Below, piece after piece: positions 9,670 through 18,379 of a stretch of 36,468 nucleotides of DNA (positions are counted from its first letter, which is position 1; each line of letters begins with the position of its first letter). The stretch covers positions 1 through 36,468 of the forward strand of contig JBAXPT010000001.1 in assembly GCA_037132095.1 (NCBI GenBank). Reading direction: 5' to 3'. A program made the position numbers and the translations under genes. A model generated the notes under the pieces. That model was not told the DNA's origin. It did no database searches and saw only the letters and a program-made list of their open reading frames with translations. Source of the stretch: Actinomycetes bacterium. Lineage in GTDB: Bacteria > Actinomycetota > Acidimicrobiia > IMCC26256.

Positions 9670-10020
9670 ATGCCCAGTCGGTCCTCAGCCTCTCGAGTCA
9701 CTCCTTACGCAGATGCGCTATTAGCCCGCGACCTCCCCGCACTTGACCCACAGCGACGCGGCGAAGCAGTTCAGTTTGTAGCGATCCGAGTCGCAGACCT
9801 TCCTGCCCCTATGAAGCTGGCGGTAGGAATTCTCGCTGTCATCTTTGATCTTGGACTTAGCCTCGGGTCGCGGCGCACCTACATATCAGTCTCCTCGAGA
9901 TTGCCGATCCCCTTCGTTAGTGAGTACCCACGCCTAATCCGTTCTCTGGCATTTGCTTACGTGTGGGAGAAGTGGCCTGATACCAGACCCGACGGCGGGC
10001 GAGCGCAGGTGGAGGCATGA
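9670..10020 (+). CDS. Hypothetical protein, probable partner of the GMC oxidoreductase
   Basis: 116 aa; ATGA overlap with the GMC gene; first gene of a 4-gene coupled operon. Confidence 0.7.
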   Translation: MPSRSSASRVTPYADALLARDLPALDPQRRGEAVQFVAIRVADLPAPMKLAVGILAVIFDLGLSLGSRRTYISVSSRLPIPFVSEYPRLIRSLAFAYVWEKWPDTRPDGGRAQVEA

Positions 10021-11480
10021 ATCTCTCCAAGGATGCATTCGGAGCGGGTGACCACATAGAGGTTGAGGTACTCATCATCGGGAGCGGCGCCGGCGGGTCG
10101 CCCACTGCAGCGCTACTTGCTGAGGCTGGATTTGATGTCCTCATTGTTGAAGAGGGCGAGTGGTACGACCAGGGTTCGATCAAACCGTTCTCGCTCGATC
10201 AGATGGAGAAGCAGTACCGGTCTGGCGGGGTAACTGTTGCCCTCGGTCGCCCCTCCATTGCCTACACCGAGGGGCGCTGCGCGGGGGGTGGAACCGAGGT
10301 CAATAGTGGGCTCTACAAACGCCCTCCTCACTCCATGCTCACAAAGTGGCGAGATGGCTACCAGATTCAGAACCTAGAACTTGATGATATTGATGCTATT
10401 GCTGATGAGATCGAGACGGACCTCAGCGTCTCTTATGTTCCGGGCGAATCCACTCTTGCTAGTCAAGCACTTGCACGCGGTGCGACAAATCTAGGTTGGC
10501 GAAACGGAGAGATCCCTCGCTGGATGTCATACCCAGAGCGTGGTGATGCATTAAGCGGCAAAAGACAAAGCATGACGGAGACATACCTGCCACGCGCCAT
10601 TAATGCTGGGGCGATTCTCTCGACTGGAGTTCGTGTTGAGCGCCTTGAGATGATAGATGCGACGGCAGGGGCAGCCATAGTTGAGCGTCGAGACGGCAGG
10701 GCGGGGCGCATATCGTTTCGCCATGTCTTCGTGTGCTGTGGGGCGATCCATACCCCTGCCCTACTTCAGCGCTCCGGAATCAAAGGAAACATCGGCAAGA
10801 GCCTCGCTGTGCACCCAACCGTAAAACTCTCAGCGAAGTTCAGCGAAGTAATAAATGTTGATAACGATGTACCTGTTCATCAGGTAACCGAGTTCTTCCC
10901 GCACTCTTCATTCGGTGGTTCGGCGAGTCAGGCGGGGCTACTCGCACTTGCGCTTAATGACAACTGGCGCGCGTTTCGTGGACAGATCACAGACTGGCGT
11001 CGCATGAGCGTGTATTACGCCGCGATTACAAGCGAGGGTCGCGGCCGCGTGATATCCGTTCCCGGAATGCGCGACCCAGTCGTCACTTACCGTTTGACGA
11101 AGAATGATCGGACGCTTCTTGCGATCAGCCTTGGGCGCCTTGCGCTCGCGATGCTCGCAGCCGGAGCGGAGGCTGTATATCCATCGTTTCGTGGCGCACC
11201 GGTGGTAAGGCGCCCGGCAGATGTCGCGCGTCTAGAGGCTGGGTTCAGCGCAACGAAAGCATCTGTAATGAGCGTTCACCTCTGCTCGACTGTGCCAATG
11301 GGCGAAGACCCACGGCTCTGTGGCGCAGATTCTTTCGGGCGAGTCCACGGCACCACAAACGTGCGGGTAAATGATGCCTCGCTTCTTCCATCAGCTCCCG
11401 GGGTCAACCCGCAGGCGACTGTGATGGCGCTCGTCGTTCGCAATGTCCGCAGATTTATTGAGGAGAACGTGCATGCCTGA
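10017..11480 (+). CDS. GMC family FAD-dependent oxidoreductase
   Basis: IIGSGAGG FAD-binding motif, GRCAGGGTEVN, CCGAIHTPALLQRSG, HLCSTVPMG, VNDASLLPSAPGVNPQ. Confidence 0.93.
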   Translation: MNLSKDAFGAGDHIEVEVLIIGSGAGGSPTAALLAEAGFDVLIVEEGEWYDQGSIKPFSLDQMEKQYRSGGVTVALGRPSIAYTEGRCAGGGTEVNSGLYKRPPHSMLTKWRDGYQIQNLELDDIDAIADEIETDLSVSYVPGESTLASQALARGATNLGWRNGEIPRWMSYPERGDALSGKRQSMTETYLPRAINAGAILSTGVRVERLEMIDATAGAAIVERRDGRAGRISFRHVFVCCGAIHTPALLQRSGIKGNIGKSLAVHPTVKLSAKFSEVINVDNDVPVHQVTEFFPHSSFGGSASQAGLLALALNDNWRAFRGQITDWRRMSVYYAAITSEGRGRVISVPGMRDPVVTYRLTKNDRTLLAISLGRLALAMLAAGAEAVYPSFRGAPVVRRPADVARLEAGFSATKASVMSVHLCSTVPMGEDPRLCGADSFGRVHGTTNVRVNDASLLPSAPGVNPQATVMALVVRNVRRFIEENVHA

Positions 11481-12510
11481 GGAAGTAAAGAGATGGAGTA
11501 CCCCTCCAGCGACGGTCATCACCGGCGCAACGGGATGGCTTGGAAGTGCCCTGATCGAGCATCTCCTAGCCAGCGAACGCAAAGGCCTAAGAGCCCTCCT
11601 ACGCGATGGCGAAGACGCCTCTCGCCTTGAGGAGCGCGGCGTTGAGGTAGTGAAGGGCGACATCTCCGATAGGCGCTCTGTAGCAAGACTCTTTGATGGC
11701 ATCCCCTCTGGCGCTGACGTAATCCATACGGCCGGAGTTATCCACCCAAAATCACTATCAGAGTTCACCAAAGTAAACGCAAACGGCACTCGCTACATCG
11801 TTGAGGTTGCGCAGTCTGCATCTATTCGTCGCATGGTACATGTCTCCTCGAATAGTCCCTTTGGAACCAACCCAGTCGAGAGTGAGACGTTTCGCAACCA
11901 GGAGCCTTATAACCCCTACCTCGGGTATGGCGCCTCTAAAATGCAGGGCGAATTAGCGGTGCTCGCTGGCGTCGAAGCCGGGCTAGATGCGGTAATCGTG
12001 CGCCCTCCTTGGTTCTACGGTCCGTACCAACCGGCGCGCCAGACCACCTTCTTCACAATGGTTCGTACGGGCAAGTTTCCAATGTTTGGTGGTGGCACCC
12101 AGCGCAGATCCATGGTCTATGTAGAGAATCTCATCCAAGGTGTAATCGCCGCAGAGTTAACGATTGGGGTAAGCGGGCGCGGGTACTGGATTGCAGATGA
12201 ACGTCCATACGAGGTGCGCGAGATTGTTGAGACAGTCCGGCGGGCCCTCACCGATGAGGGGTATGAAGTAAGCGGAAAGCCCCGCAGCCTCCCCGTAATA
12301 ATCGCGAACATCGCAGAGGCTGCCGATCGCACTCTTCAACGCCTGGGCCAATATCAGCAACAGGTACACGTGCTCGGCGAGATGGGGCACACGATTGCCT
12401 GCGAGATTAGTGCGGCAAAAGCCGAGCTCGGATACGAACCCGAGTTTGAGTTATATGGCGGAATGCGTCGGAGCATTGCATGGTGCCGCGAACAAGGGAT
12501 CCAGCTTTGA
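11473..12510 (+). CDS. NAD-dependent epimerase/dehydratase (extended SDR)
   Basis: TGATGWLG, HTAG, HVSS, YGASK, VRPPWFYGP. Start moved to ATG 11473 (8-nt overlap with the GMC gene). Confidence 0.92.
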   Translation: MPEEVKRWSTPPATVITGATGWLGSALIEHLLASERKGLRALLRDGEDASRLEERGVEVVKGDISDRRSVARLFDGIPSGADVIHTAGVIHPKSLSEFTKVNANGTRYIVEVAQSASIRRMVHVSSNSPFGTNPVESETFRNQEPYNPYLGYGASKMQGELAVLAGVEAGLDAVIVRPPWFYGPYQPARQTTFFTMVRTGKFPMFGGGTQRRSMVYVENLIQGVIAAELTIGVSGRGYWIADERPYEVREIVETVRRALTDEGYEVSGKPRSLPVIIANIAEAADRTLQRLGQYQQQVHVLGEMGHTIACEISAAKAELGYEPEFELYGGMRRSIAWCREQGIQL

Positions 12511-13550
12511 CAGTCTCGCTAGTCACTGGCGGCAGCGGATACTTCGGTGTCCTTATGGTTGAGCGCCTCCGTAAGGCCGGGCACTCTGTTCGAGTCCTTG
12601 ACCTAATAGACGTAGACGAACGCGACCCGAGTGTTGAGTTTTTTCAGGGCGACATTCGCGACCCTGAAGCCGTGCACTTGGCAGTGGCGGGAGTGGACCT
12701 CATATTCCACAACGTTGCGCAGGTACCCCTAGCCAAGGATCCAGAACTCTTGTCAACTGTCAACATTGACGGAACGCGCAATCTCTTAGCGGCGGCCCTC
12801 GAGCACGGCGTGCGCAAGGTGGTCCACACATCATCGAGCGCTGTATTTGGTATCCCCGCAGCGAATCCAGTTATGCCGGATACCTCACCTACCCCGGTTG
12901 AGGCCTATGGCCGCGCGAAGACTGAGGCCGAGGGGCTATGCCAAGCATTTATTGCCCAGGGGCTAGACGTAACAATTGTTCGACCCCGCACAATTTTGGG
13001 GCACGGAAGGCTTGGGATCTTCGGTATCCTCTTTGATTGGATCGCAGACGGAGCAGATGTATTCGTACTCGGAAGCGGCGATAACACATATCAGTTCGTT
13101 CACGCCGATGATCTTGCGGAGGTCTGCCTTCTAGCGTCTCAGAGCGCAGGCCCGATGATTATCAACGCAGGTACCGACCGCTTCGATACCATGAGAAACA
13201 CACTTGAGGCAGTCTGCGAGCACGCCGGCACTGGTAGCCGGGTTAAGTCGTTGCCAGCGCGCCCAGCGTCACTCGCTATGCATGCGGCATCAGCGCTGCA
13301 CCTTGCACCCTTTGCGCCGTATCACTGGATCATGTACTCCAAATCGCTTTGGTTTGATATCGAGCATGCCAAGCAAGACCTTGGTTGGAGCCCGAAGTAC
13401 TCAAATGCTGAAGCGATGATCGACTCATACGACTGGTTTTTAGCCCATAGAGCGGACGCCTCTACTGGTCCAAAATCTCATCACCGCAGCAGCGCACGTC
13501 AAGGCGCACTGCGGGTACTGAAAGCCGGCACTCGCCTAATCCCTGGTTAA
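12507..13550 (+). CDS. NAD-dependent epimerase/dehydratase (extended SDR, 3-beta-HSD-like)
   Basis: TGGSGYFG, HTSSSAV, YGRAK, VRPRTILG. TTG start overlaps the previous stop (TTGA). Confidence 0.92.
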   Translation: MTVSLVTGGSGYFGVLMVERLRKAGHSVRVLDLIDVDERDPSVEFFQGDIRDPEAVHLAVAGVDLIFHNVAQVPLAKDPELLSTVNIDGTRNLLAAALEHGVRKVVHTSSSAVFGIPAANPVMPDTSPTPVEAYGRAKTEAEGLCQAFIAQGLDVTIVRPRTILGHGRLGIFGILFDWIADGADVFVLGSGDNTYQFVHADDLAEVCLLASQSAGPMIINAGTDRFDTMRNTLEAVCEHAGTGSRVKSLPARPASLAMHAASALHLAPFAPYHWIMYSKSLWFDIEHAKQDLGWSPKYSNAEAMIDSYDWFLAHRADASTGPKSHHRSSARQGALRVLKAGTRLIPG

Positions 13551-13625
13551 TTAACAGAGCCTTCCAAGCGCGGCGAACTAGCAGAGCGGGCGGACGAATC
13601 GGGTGGCGGGTAGTCTCTCGGAGCA

Positions 13626-14699
13626 ATGCATGCTCAAGGGTCTGACCATCTTGAACGACTAGGCCGTGAGAGCGGTTACGCAGACGAGTATGGAGACGCA
13701 GCCGCGCGGGGTCTCCCATACATCTCATTTCTTGGATCAGCACTATTCGCGGTCTTCGCTATCTTCGATGTCCTCACGCACTCGTCTGAAGAGATTGCTT
13801 GGCGGCTCGGGGTCTCCCTTATGCCCGCTTTGGCGTTACTTGCGGTAGGCCTCATTGCCCGCACCCGATTTGTGACAGACCAAAATGCGCCTGTCCTTGC
13901 GGCATGCACTGGGATCATCGGTCAGTGTGCCCCACTCGCCACAATTATTCACTCGAAATACGAGATCGACCTCGTCTACTTCCTTCTGATTATGGCGGCT
14001 GGAGGAGCGCTCATTTTCCGAATGCGCCCCTTCGTAACAATGATCGCTATTTCTGTTCTCTTCTTTGGAGTCTCAATTGGCCTTATCGATGCATCTACAG
14101 AGAATAAGGAGAGCTGGATTGCGGCGCTCTTTGTCGGGATCGGATTGGCGTGCGCACTATTCATTTCACAGAGGTCAGCGGTACGCAGGTATGCAGATGC
14201 TGAGTCGAGACTCTCCTTCCTCGCAGGGCACGATCCCCTAACTGGTCTCCTGAATCGCAATGGGCTCGAGAACAAAAGCAGCGCTCTGCTCGCGCTTGCG
14301 CAGAGAGAGAAGCGCAGAGTCTTTGCAGTTTTCATAGATATAGATGGACTCACGGAGATCAACAACGTCCATGGACATATAGCTGGAGACCTCGTCATAA
14401 GCGAGATAGCAGTTGCAATTACTCGCCTTGTTCGTGCTGCGGATTTGGTAGCACGTTGGGGTGGAGACGAGTTAGTAATAATTGGGGTCGGCGATGGTCC
14501 GGATCCGGATCGAGTCGAGGCAGTTATTCGAGCCGACCTAACTGTCGCACTGCAGAACTCGCAGATCGATGGATCGATTAGTGCCGGCCTCGCCACTCTC
14601 GAGGGAGACGCCGTGAGCACATCTGCGCTCATTCACCTCGCCGATGCGCAGATGTACGAACGCCGATCGCTCCGCCGCTCGGGTCAAAAGCTCCCTTGA
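13626..14699 (+). CDS. Membrane-anchored GGDEF-domain protein
   Basis: About 6 N-terminal TM helices; HDPLTGLLNR, FIDID, RAAD I-site, RWGGDEL, ADAQMY. Confidence 0.92.
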   Translation: MHAQGSDHLERLGRESGYADEYGDAAARGLPYISFLGSALFAVFAIFDVLTHSSEEIAWRLGVSLMPALALLAVGLIARTRFVTDQNAPVLAACTGIIGQCAPLATIIHSKYEIDLVYFLLIMAAGGALIFRMRPFVTMIAISVLFFGVSIGLIDASTENKESWIAALFVGIGLACALFISQRSAVRRYADAESRLSFLAGHDPLTGLLNRNGLENKSSALLALAQREKRRVFAVFIDIDGLTEINNVHGHIAGDLVISEIAVAITRLVRAADLVARWGGDELVIIGVGDGPDPDRVEAVIRADLTVALQNSQIDGSISAGLATLEGDAVSTSALIHLADAQMYERRSLRRSGQKLP

Positions 14700-14840
14700 C
14701 CCTCGAGTAGAACCACCCTTCGCTGCATTAGTCGCCGAAATCTCAATTTGAAGCCACAATCAGTGACTCTGTGCCGGATGCCACCCTCCGTATCGCCTTA
14801 CATCCCCCAATTTGTTGCTCAAATCTGGCATGTTTGTCAT

Positions 14841-15041
14841 ATGCAATTCACTTTGGCAGAATTAGTTGTAGCCGATGCACTCGTAAACTCCTACCCAACC
14901 TGGACTGACGAGAACGGCACCAATATCAACCAACTTGCGGAGATTGCAGTCAAGGCACTCGCTGAGCAGGGGCTACTAACTGCCCCAGCCGAGGGAGACC
15001 GTATCTCGGTCGCCTCGAGCGAGCCCGCTGTCTCGCGCTAA
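14841..15041 (+). CDS. Small hypothetical protein (66 aa)
   Basis: MQFTLAELVVADALVNSYPTW... fills the gap before tRNA-Arg and has protein-like composition. The start is inferred. Confidence 0.55.
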   Translation: MQFTLAELVVADALVNSYPTWTDENGTNINQLAEIAVKALAEQGLLTAPAEGDRISVASSEPAVSR

Positions 15042-15110
15042 TTCACTTCACGCGCGGCTGGCCTTAGCGGTACCTTTAGCCGGTAGAGTAACGATGCCCG
15101 GATGGACTAG

Positions 15111-15183
<73 letters not shown>

Positions 15184-15258
15184 CAGGATAATCACAGATC
15201 CGTATCAAGAAGAAATGCAGAAACAGCAAGCCAGCAAGACAGCAAGGCACAAACACAT

Positions 15259-15336
15259 GGTGGCCGTAGCTCAGCAGGCGAGAGCGCCGGGTTGTGATCC
15301 CGGAGGCCGGGGGTTCGAAACCCCTCGGTCACCCCA
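15259..15336 (+). tRNA. tRNA-His (anticodon GUG), with encoded G-1 and CCA
   Basis: Acceptor G-GTGGCCG/CGGTCAC-C-CCA; anticodon arm CCGGG-TTGTGAT-CCCGG; T-loop TTCGAAA. Confidence 0.97.
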
Positions 15337-15341
15337 AGTAG

Positions 15342-15366
15342 CGCCCCCTCTTTAGAGGGGGCGTTT
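15342..15366. terminator. Hairpin, candidate terminator after tRNA-His
   Basis: CGCCCCCTCT-TT-AGAGGGGGCG followed by TTT; lies between convergent units. Confidence 0.7.
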
Positions 15367-15422
15367 ACGCGTTCCAAGACTTACTCGAAGTGGCGCTCTC
15401 TACCGATTCCTAATTTGATTTT

Positions 15423-16322
15423 CTAAAGTATCGAGGCGAACGCGCTGGCGATATCTGGCTGCCTAAATCTGTATCCGCTCGCCTCGAGAGCGGATGGGAG
15501 TACCCGCTGACCATTTACCAATAATGCCGTTATCAGCTCAGCCCCGAGTGCGAGCTTGAGGGGCGCAAGTGGCGTAGGCAGAATGGTTGGGCGATGGACC
15601 GCTTTACCGAGCGCCTTTGTGAACTCCAAGTTGGTTACCGGGGCTGGGGCCGTGAGATTAACTGGGCCCGAGACCGAGTCATCTCGCAGCGCGTGAAGGA
15701 TCGCTTGTATCTCGTCCTCTAATGAGATCCAAGACATCCATTGCTTGCCAGATGCGATCTTCCCACCTAGGCCGAGACGGAACGGCGTGATCATCCGCCC
15801 GAGTGCCCCTCCTTTGGGGGTTAGGACAATTCCGGTTCGCAGCAGAACTGTCCTAATTCCTGCATCGACTGCAGGGGCGGCTGCGGCCTCCCAATCAACA
15901 CAGACCTCGGAGAGAAAATCCGGGGGCTCTGGAGCGCTTGAGGATTCTGTGAGCACTTCATCGCCTCTGTTGCCGTACCACCCGATAGCCGAGGCGGAGA
16001 GCAATACTCGCGGAGGCTTAGTCATAGCGGCAACAGAGCGACCGATAAGTGCTGTACCGAGGATTCGGCTGCTGAGTATCCGCTCCTTCTGCTCTGCGTT
16101 CCAGCGCTTCTCGCCTATGCCCTCACCCGCAAGGTGCACGACGGCCTCTACACCATCTAGCCCGCCGGACTCAATAGTTCCAGCGATCGGGTCCCAAGCG
16201 ATATTGCCCGAGATCGCTGCGCCGCCACGCACGAATCTGCGGACCCGATGCCCCTCAGCCTCTAGAGCTGCGATTAGGGCTGAGCCGATTAAGCCACTTG
16301 CTCCGGTTACTGCTATCTCCAT
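15423..16322 (-). CDS. TIGR01777 family oxidoreductase (YfcH-like epimerase family)
   Basis: TGASGLIG, HLAGE, KRW, SASAIGWYG, FLSEVCVDWE, LRTGIVL, GKQWMSWI. Start placed at MEIAV with GGAG upstream. Confidence 0.93.
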   Translation of the reverse strand: MEIAVTGASGLIGSALIAALEAEGHRVRRFVRGGAAISGNIAWDPIAGTIESGGLDGVEAVVHLAGEGIGEKRWNAEQKERILSSRILGTALIGRSVAAMTKPPRVLLSASAIGWYGNRGDEVLTESSSAPEPPDFLSEVCVDWEAAAAPAVDAGIRTVLLRTGIVLTPKGGALGRMITPFRLGLGGKIASGKQWMSWISLEDEIQAILHALRDDSVSGPVNLTAPAPVTNLEFTKALGKAVHRPTILPTPLAPLKLALGAELITALLVNGQRVLPSALEASGYRFRQPDIASAFASIL

Positions 16323-16414
16323 TGGGTGCTCCCTCAATATTCTTGGTCTACTTAAATGTTCTATGGTGCCTCGGCTTAAACCCGAGGCGCTTCTTCGGGC
16401 TAGTCTGCCGGCAC

Positions 16415-16491
16415 GCGCCGCTAGCTCAACTGGTTAGAGCAACAGACTCTTAATCTGTAGGTTCTGGGTTCGAGTCCCAGGCGGCGTACCA
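16415..16491 (+). tRNA. tRNA-Lys (anticodon CUU)
   Basis: Acceptor GCGCCGC/GCGGCGT-A-CCA; anticodon arm ACAGA-CTCTTAA-TCTGT; T-arm CTGGG-TTCGAGT-CCCAG. Confidence 0.97.
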
Positions 16492-16590
16492 ATCTTGTAA
16501 GCGGATAACAGGCACTTGACATAGTAGGTACTTCAGATAGTAGGTACCCCGCTCGTGATGGTTGTTACCGGGATTACATAACCACATTTG

Positions 16591-17295
16591 CTATCCCTCC
16601 CAGCGATAGCCCTTTCCCCTCACGGTGGCGATGCGCAGGGGCTTGGTCGGGTCAACCTCAATCTGGTGACGGAGTCTTCGAACATGCTCTGTCACCGTTG
16701 ACGGGTCCTGCCACTCCGAGGTTGAGCGCCAGACGTCGCGAAGAATTCGGTCTCGGTCAACGACCTGACCTTTGTGCCCTACTAGATAGTTAAGAAGATC
16801 AAACTCGCGTGCCGTGAGCGCAAGTACCTCGCCCGCGAGGGTTGCCTGTCGAGAGTCGTTGTCAAGGCTGAGGTCACCAGAGTCGAGGCCTGTATGGTCA
16901 ACACGGCCACCATCCATACGCCTCAGGACACTGCGCATCCGTGAAGTGAGCTCTAGCCCAGAGCATGGTTTGACCACGTAGTCATCTGCGCCGAGTTCAA
17001 AGCCAAGAAGGCGAAGAGCCTCCTCCGATCGCTCCGTCAGAACAATTACCGGGAACTCAGTCTCAGTGACGATCGTAGAGAGAAGCCCAAATCCGCCTAG
17101 GTCCTCGAGGTCAACGTCTAGAACGACAATGTCTGGGGGCGAGGCAACTAGGGAGTCCTTCGCGCTGCGGATATCGCCGGCGGAGAAGACAACTAGACCC
17201 TGACGCGTTAACTCCGACTCGAGAGCATCGCGTTGATCAAGATTGGAGTCGATAAGGAGGACGCGAATTAGCGGTACAGGCGGCTTTAGGGTCAC
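16591..17295 (-). CDS. OmpR/PhoB-family response regulator (orphan)
   Basis: Receiver PDIVVLD, GADDYVVKP; winged helix LTAREFDLL, TVTEHVRRLR, TVRGKGYR. Start moved to GTG 17295, which lies 6 nt after a TATGCT -10 and avoids overlap with the divergent SDR. Confidence 0.9.
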   Translation of the reverse strand: MTLKPPVPLIRVLLIDSNLDQRDALESELTRQGLVVFSAGDIRSAKDSLVASPPDIVVLDVDLEDLGGFGLLSTIVTETEFPVIVLTERSEEALRLLGFELGADDYVVKPCSGLELTSRMRSVLRRMDGGRVDHTGLDSGDLSLDNDSRQATLAGEVLALTAREFDLLNYLVGHKGQVVDRDRILRDVWRSTSEWQDPSTVTEHVRRLRHQIEVDPTKPLRIATVRGKGYRWEG

Positions 17296-17357
17296 TCGCC
17301 GAGCATAACGGCGCAGGCCTCCCTCTATTCGCGCCACTACCCCTAAACTCTCAAGCC

Positions 17358-18137
17358 GTGCCCCCCATTGATTCAACAAATACCTTTCGGCTAGATGGAA
17401 GAGTCGCAATAGTCACGGGTGCCTCCTCTGGGTTGGGGCAGCGTTTCGCTAGCGTCCTCGCCGGAGCAGGTGCGCACGTCGTCATAACGGCACGTAGAAC
17501 CGATCGCCTCAAAACTCTTGCAGAAGAATTGAGCAGCGAACATGTCGAGGTCTCACCGATTGCTCTCGACCTATCCGATCCAGACTCTGCAGGTGAGTTA
17601 GTTACCTTCGCCTCCGAGCGATTTGGACGGCTCGACATACTTGTCAACAATGCCGGCATGTCTTCAGAGTCTGCCGCTCTTGATATATCTGTCGAGGAAT
17701 TTCGCCGGGTAGTGGAGATGAATCTCGTCTCACCCTTCGCCGTCGCTCAGGCCGCTGGACGTGTAATGACCGCGGCTGGCTCAGGTTCAATCATCAACAT
17801 TGCTTCGCAGTTTGGGAGCGTAGGAGCGCGCGCTGCCCTGAGCGCGTACTCGGCCTCAAAGGGCGGGTTGGTGAACCTCACTCGCCACCTCGCTGCCGAG
17901 TGGGCACATACTGGCGTGCGGGTAAACGCCATCGCACCTGGCTACTTTCCAAGTGAGATGACTGAGAAAGTCTTCAGCGACGCCAAGGTCAATAAGTGGG
18001 TAACTCGTAATACCCCGCTCGGTCGCACCGGTAATGAAGGCGAGCTCGACGGTGCGCTCCTATACCTGGCCTCGGAGGCTTCATCATTCGTCACCGGATC
18101 AGTACTAGCAGTTGATGGCGGCTGGACCGCCGTCTAA
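17358..18137 (+). CDS. Classical short-chain dehydrogenase/reductase (gluconate 5-dehydrogenase/FabG-like)
   Basis: TGASSGLG, NNAG, INIAS, YSASK, VNAIAPG, VDGG. Confidence 0.95.
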   Translation: MPPIDSTNTFRLDGRVAIVTGASSGLGQRFASVLAGAGAHVVITARRTDRLKTLAEELSSEHVEVSPIALDLSDPDSAGELVTFASERFGRLDILVNNAGMSSESAALDISVEEFRRVVEMNLVSPFAVAQAAGRVMTAAGSGSIINIASQFGSVGARAALSAYSASKGGLVNLTRHLAAEWAHTGVRVNAIAPGYFPSEMTEKVFSDAKVNKWVTRNTPLGRTGNEGELDGALLYLASEASSFVTGSVLAVDGGWTAV

Positions 18138-18257
18138 CCCACTCGCGTCCAAGCACCGGAAGTGCGAGGCATTAGTCTCGCCGGAGCAATACTGGACTCC
18201 ATATCTGGCGGAGCCCCGAAGCAATACGAAGGAAATAAAATCCAGCAATCCAGCAAT

Positions 18258-18344
18258 GCGAGCGTGGCGGAATAGGCAGACGCGCCGGGTTTAGGTCCCG
18301 GTGCCCGCAAGGGCTTGGGGGTTCAAGTCCCCCCGCTCGCACCA
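18258..18344 (+). tRNA. tRNA-Leu (anticodon UAG)
   Basis: Acceptor GCGAGCG/CGCTCGC-A-CCA; anticodon arm CCGGG-TTTAGGT-CCCGG; long variable arm GCCC-GCAA-GGGC. Confidence 0.97.
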
Positions 18345-18379
18345 AATTACGAAGACCAAATACTCCACAATAAGAAGAA

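Noticed and set aside
13976-14632. 218-aa antisense ORF, and similar shadow ORFs such as 942-1469, 15745-16437, 21420-21950 and 35717-36166
   Set aside because: They lie opposite well-supported genes, have skewed low-information composition and show no motifs.
17296-17409. Long N-terminal extensions in the ORF track (response regulator; also HNH 28625, smpB 29218, 18844, 35005)
   Set aside because: The extensions overlap neighbouring genes or promoter elements; shorter starts are supported by -10 or RBS spacing.
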